Positions 33,426-35,969 of a stretch of DNA of 35,969 nucleotides are shown here, piece by piece. The position numbers and the translations under genes are program-made. Origin of the DNA: Octopus bimaculoides (lineage: Eukaryota); NCBI RefSeq assembly GCF_001194135.2, contig NC_068986.1, positions 26,648,037 through 26,684,005 on the forward strand, read 5' to 3'. Under the pieces are notes generated by a model, which saw nothing but the letters and a program-made list of their open reading frames with translations, did not search any database and was not told the DNA's origin. Each line of letters opens with the position of its first letter. Within the stretch, counting starts at the first letter, position 1.

Positions 33426-33690
33426 GGCCGCACGCACGAATACACACACATACAGAAACACGTACACACAGATACATATACATACAGTATCAAACATCAG
33501 CCACACACGTGTGCGTGTGTGGCTGACTACAAATACATAGAGCTGAACACGGCGTACAAAAAGAAAATAAATAAAATAATGTTTACGAAAATTAACGAAG
33601 TGAGCGAGTTCAAGCAAAATATTCTTGAACGCCCCATGTTGATTTGCAAAATTTTAATGTGATACTTGTGTAATAACGAAATCAAACCTG

Positions 33691-33759
<69 letters not shown>

Positions 33760-34444
33760 NNNNNNNNNNNNNNNNNNNNNNNNNNNNNNNNNNNNNNNNN
33801 NNNNNNNNNNNNNNNNNNNNNNNNNNNNNNNNNNNNNNNNNNNNNNNNNNNNNNNNNNNNNNNNNNNNNNNNNNNNNNNNNNNNNNNNNNNNNNNNNNNN
33901 NNNNNNNNNNNNNNNNNNNNNNNNNNNNNNNNNNNNNNNNNNNNNNNNNNNNNNNNNNNNNNNNNNNNNNNNNNNNNNNNNNNNNNNNNNNNNNNNNNNN
34001 NNNNNNNNNNNNNNNNNNNNNNNNNNNNNNNNNNNNNNNNNNNNNNNNNNNNNNNNNNNNNNNNNNNNNNNNNNNNNNNNNNNNNNNNNNNNNNNNNNNN
34101 NNNNNNNNNNNNNNNNNNNNNNNNNNNNNNNNNNNNNNNNNNNNNNNNNNNNNNNNNNNNNNNNNNNNNNNNNNNNNNNNNNNNNNNNNNNNNNNNNNNN
34201 NNNNNNNNNNNNNNNNNNNNNNNNNNNNNNNNNNNNNNNNNNNNNNNNNNNNNNNNNNNNNNNNNNNNNNNNNNNNNNNNNNNNNNNNNNNNNNNNNNNN
34301 NNNNNNNNNNNNNNNNNNNNNNNNNNNNNNNNNNNNNNNNNNNNNNNNNNNNNNNNNNNNNNNATATATATATATATATAATAATACAAAGAATATATAT
34401 ACATGTATACACACATATATGTACATACTTACATCTACATGTGT

Positions 34445-34590
34445 ATATATATGCATATCAGGGTACAGGACGTTAGAACAATGAACTACATATATATATA
34501 TGGGAGAATATACGAAAAAACAACAACAGACGAGGACAGGTGGTGTAAATAACAAAAGGATGTATTAGTATGACGCTCGGGAATACGGAA
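34445..34590 (-). mobile_element. Penelope-like terminal-repeat relic
   Basis: Homologous to 10510-10625 and 20690-20830 in opposite orientation. Family assignment is inference. Confidence 0.4.
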
Positions 34591-34685
34591 AGTATATATA
34601 TAAAATGCATCAAGTACAAGACATCACCAACGAGTGAAAAATACGTAGACACACGAGCGATAAGTACAGGACAAATTACCAAAGA

Positions 34686-34840
34686 ACAGGAGTGGTCGTG
34701 TGGTAAGATGCTTGCTTCCCAACCACATGGTTCCAGGTTCAGTCCCACTGCGTGGCAACTTGGGCAAGTGTCTTTTACTATAGCCTCAAGCCGACCAAAG
34801 CCTTGTGAGTGGATTTGGTAGACAGAAACTGAAGACGTCG

Positions 34841-34885
<45 letters not shown>

Positions 34886-35093
34886 ATGTGTTTGTTGTCT
34901 GTGTTTGACTCCCACCATCGCTTGACAATCAATGTTGGTGTGTTTACGGCCCCGTCACCAAGCGGTTCGGCAAAAATAGACCGATAGATAAGTCCTAGGC
35001 TTACAAAGAATAAGTTCTGGGGTCAATTTATTCGACTAAAGGTTGTGCTCCAGCATGGCTGCAGTCTAATGACTGAAACAAGTAAAAGAGAGT
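34686..35093 (+). mobile_element. Full-length SINE family S1 with a 10-bp TSD-like repeat
   Basis: CAGGAGTGGTCGTGTGGTAAG...GGTTCAGTCCC...CAAGTAAAAGA. AAGAACAGGA occurs at 34682-34691 and 35094-35103. Confidence 0.92.
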
Positions 35094-35164
35094 AAGAACA
35101 GGACATCACCAACGATTGAAAAATATGCAAACACATAATGAGAGATAAGTACGGGACAAAATAC

Positions 35165-35210
<46 letters not shown>

Positions 35211-35479
35211 AAAGGGTAAAAAACTGATATCAATTTGATTAATATCAATTTAAACCAGTGGCCTTGCATATTGAAAAAATCTGAAGATTCAGAAAAATTA
35301 TATTTCATACATATAAAAGGGATGACCACTAAGTGGACATCCAATCTGTATGCAGGGTTATTCAAATAGAATGAACCGATTTCATTACGCAATATTTATA
35401 ATAAGGAATAGCAATAGAAAACGCCAGCTAATTCACAAGTATTTACTCAAGGGATTTTGACCTTTAAATTTTGGGGGAA

Positions 35480-35509
35480 AATGCGGGTTATACTCGAGGA
35501 TTTACGGTA
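35480..35509. mobile_element. Isolated Tc1/pogo-like terminal inverted repeat
   Basis: GCGGGTTATACTCGAGGATTTACGGTA; the reverse complement TACCGTAAATCCTCGAGTATAA is a TA-flanked TIR-like end. Confidence 0.4.
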
Positions 35510-35779
35510 TTTGTTTCTCGTATTGGTACCTAACAAGACCTGGTATGTTTTCAGTTTTACAAAATTTGGGGAGGGAAATTGAGAATTACCATAAACACCG
35601 ACAAAATAAATCCAACACGAGTCATGGCACAGTGCCTGGGTTAACAATTCTGCCAACCCGTCATCTTCATTGTGAATAAAGTAATGACGATTTCTTTTGA
35701 CTAGAATACAAAGCCAGCATTTGAAAAGCAAGAAAGATGCCAAATCGATTAAATAGATTCCTGACTAAATATGATAGGT

Positions 35780-35929
35780 CAGGCATGGGGCAAACTTTTT
35801 CGAAAAGCAGAGCGTATGAGAAATTGGCACATCATCAGACGGGCCGCACTAAAAAATAATTCAAGGCATTTTTTTTTTTTTTGCTGTACCATTCAGAAAG
35901 TCCCACGAGCCGCAATTTGTCCATGGCAG
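35780..35929. mobile_element. hAT (Charlie-like) MITE with an 8-bp TSD
   Basis: Ends CAGGCATGGGGCAAAC...AATTTGTCCATGGCAG with internal GGGCCGCA and GAGCCGCA. Flanks TGATAGGT and CTATAGGT match at 6/8. Confidence 0.7.
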
Positions 35930-35969
35930 CTATAGGTCCTTAGTACCAATCCCTTCTACATTTATTTCT

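Overview
Repeat-dense, gapped eukaryotic non-coding DNA with seven N-gaps. The tRNA-derived SINE families and very dense microsatellites look like an octopus (coleoid cephalopod) genome; this is recognition-based inference and was not checked against a database. I find no supportable intact host protein-coding gene, rRNA, genuine tRNA or CRISPR array. Nearly all listed ORFs are microsatellite, low-complexity or gap artefacts. The real coding signal is decayed transposon sequence: an LTR with a tRNA-Arg(TCG)-type PBS (2184-3080), a Rex3/Expander-like RTE LINE 3' fragment (7680-8595), a DD37D maT transposase relic (12225-12705), a 5'-truncated Tx1/L1 ORF2 (22430-25277), a minus-strand Helitron with PIF1 helicase relics and 3' hairpin (30943-33425), Penelope-like fragments and hAT MITEs. 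About 30 SINE-like copies fall into roughly five families. The best leads are a strand-biased 18-site WGATAA array split by the RTE insertion, a degenerate 28-bp minisatellite with higher-order structure, a ~100-bp-arm fold-back palindrome, modular SINE head/tail swapping, young inverted SINE pairs (possible ADAR substrates), a nested Helitron/HINE/hAT/SINE stack and homeodomain-site-rich unique islands. I found no convincing novel multi-gene system.
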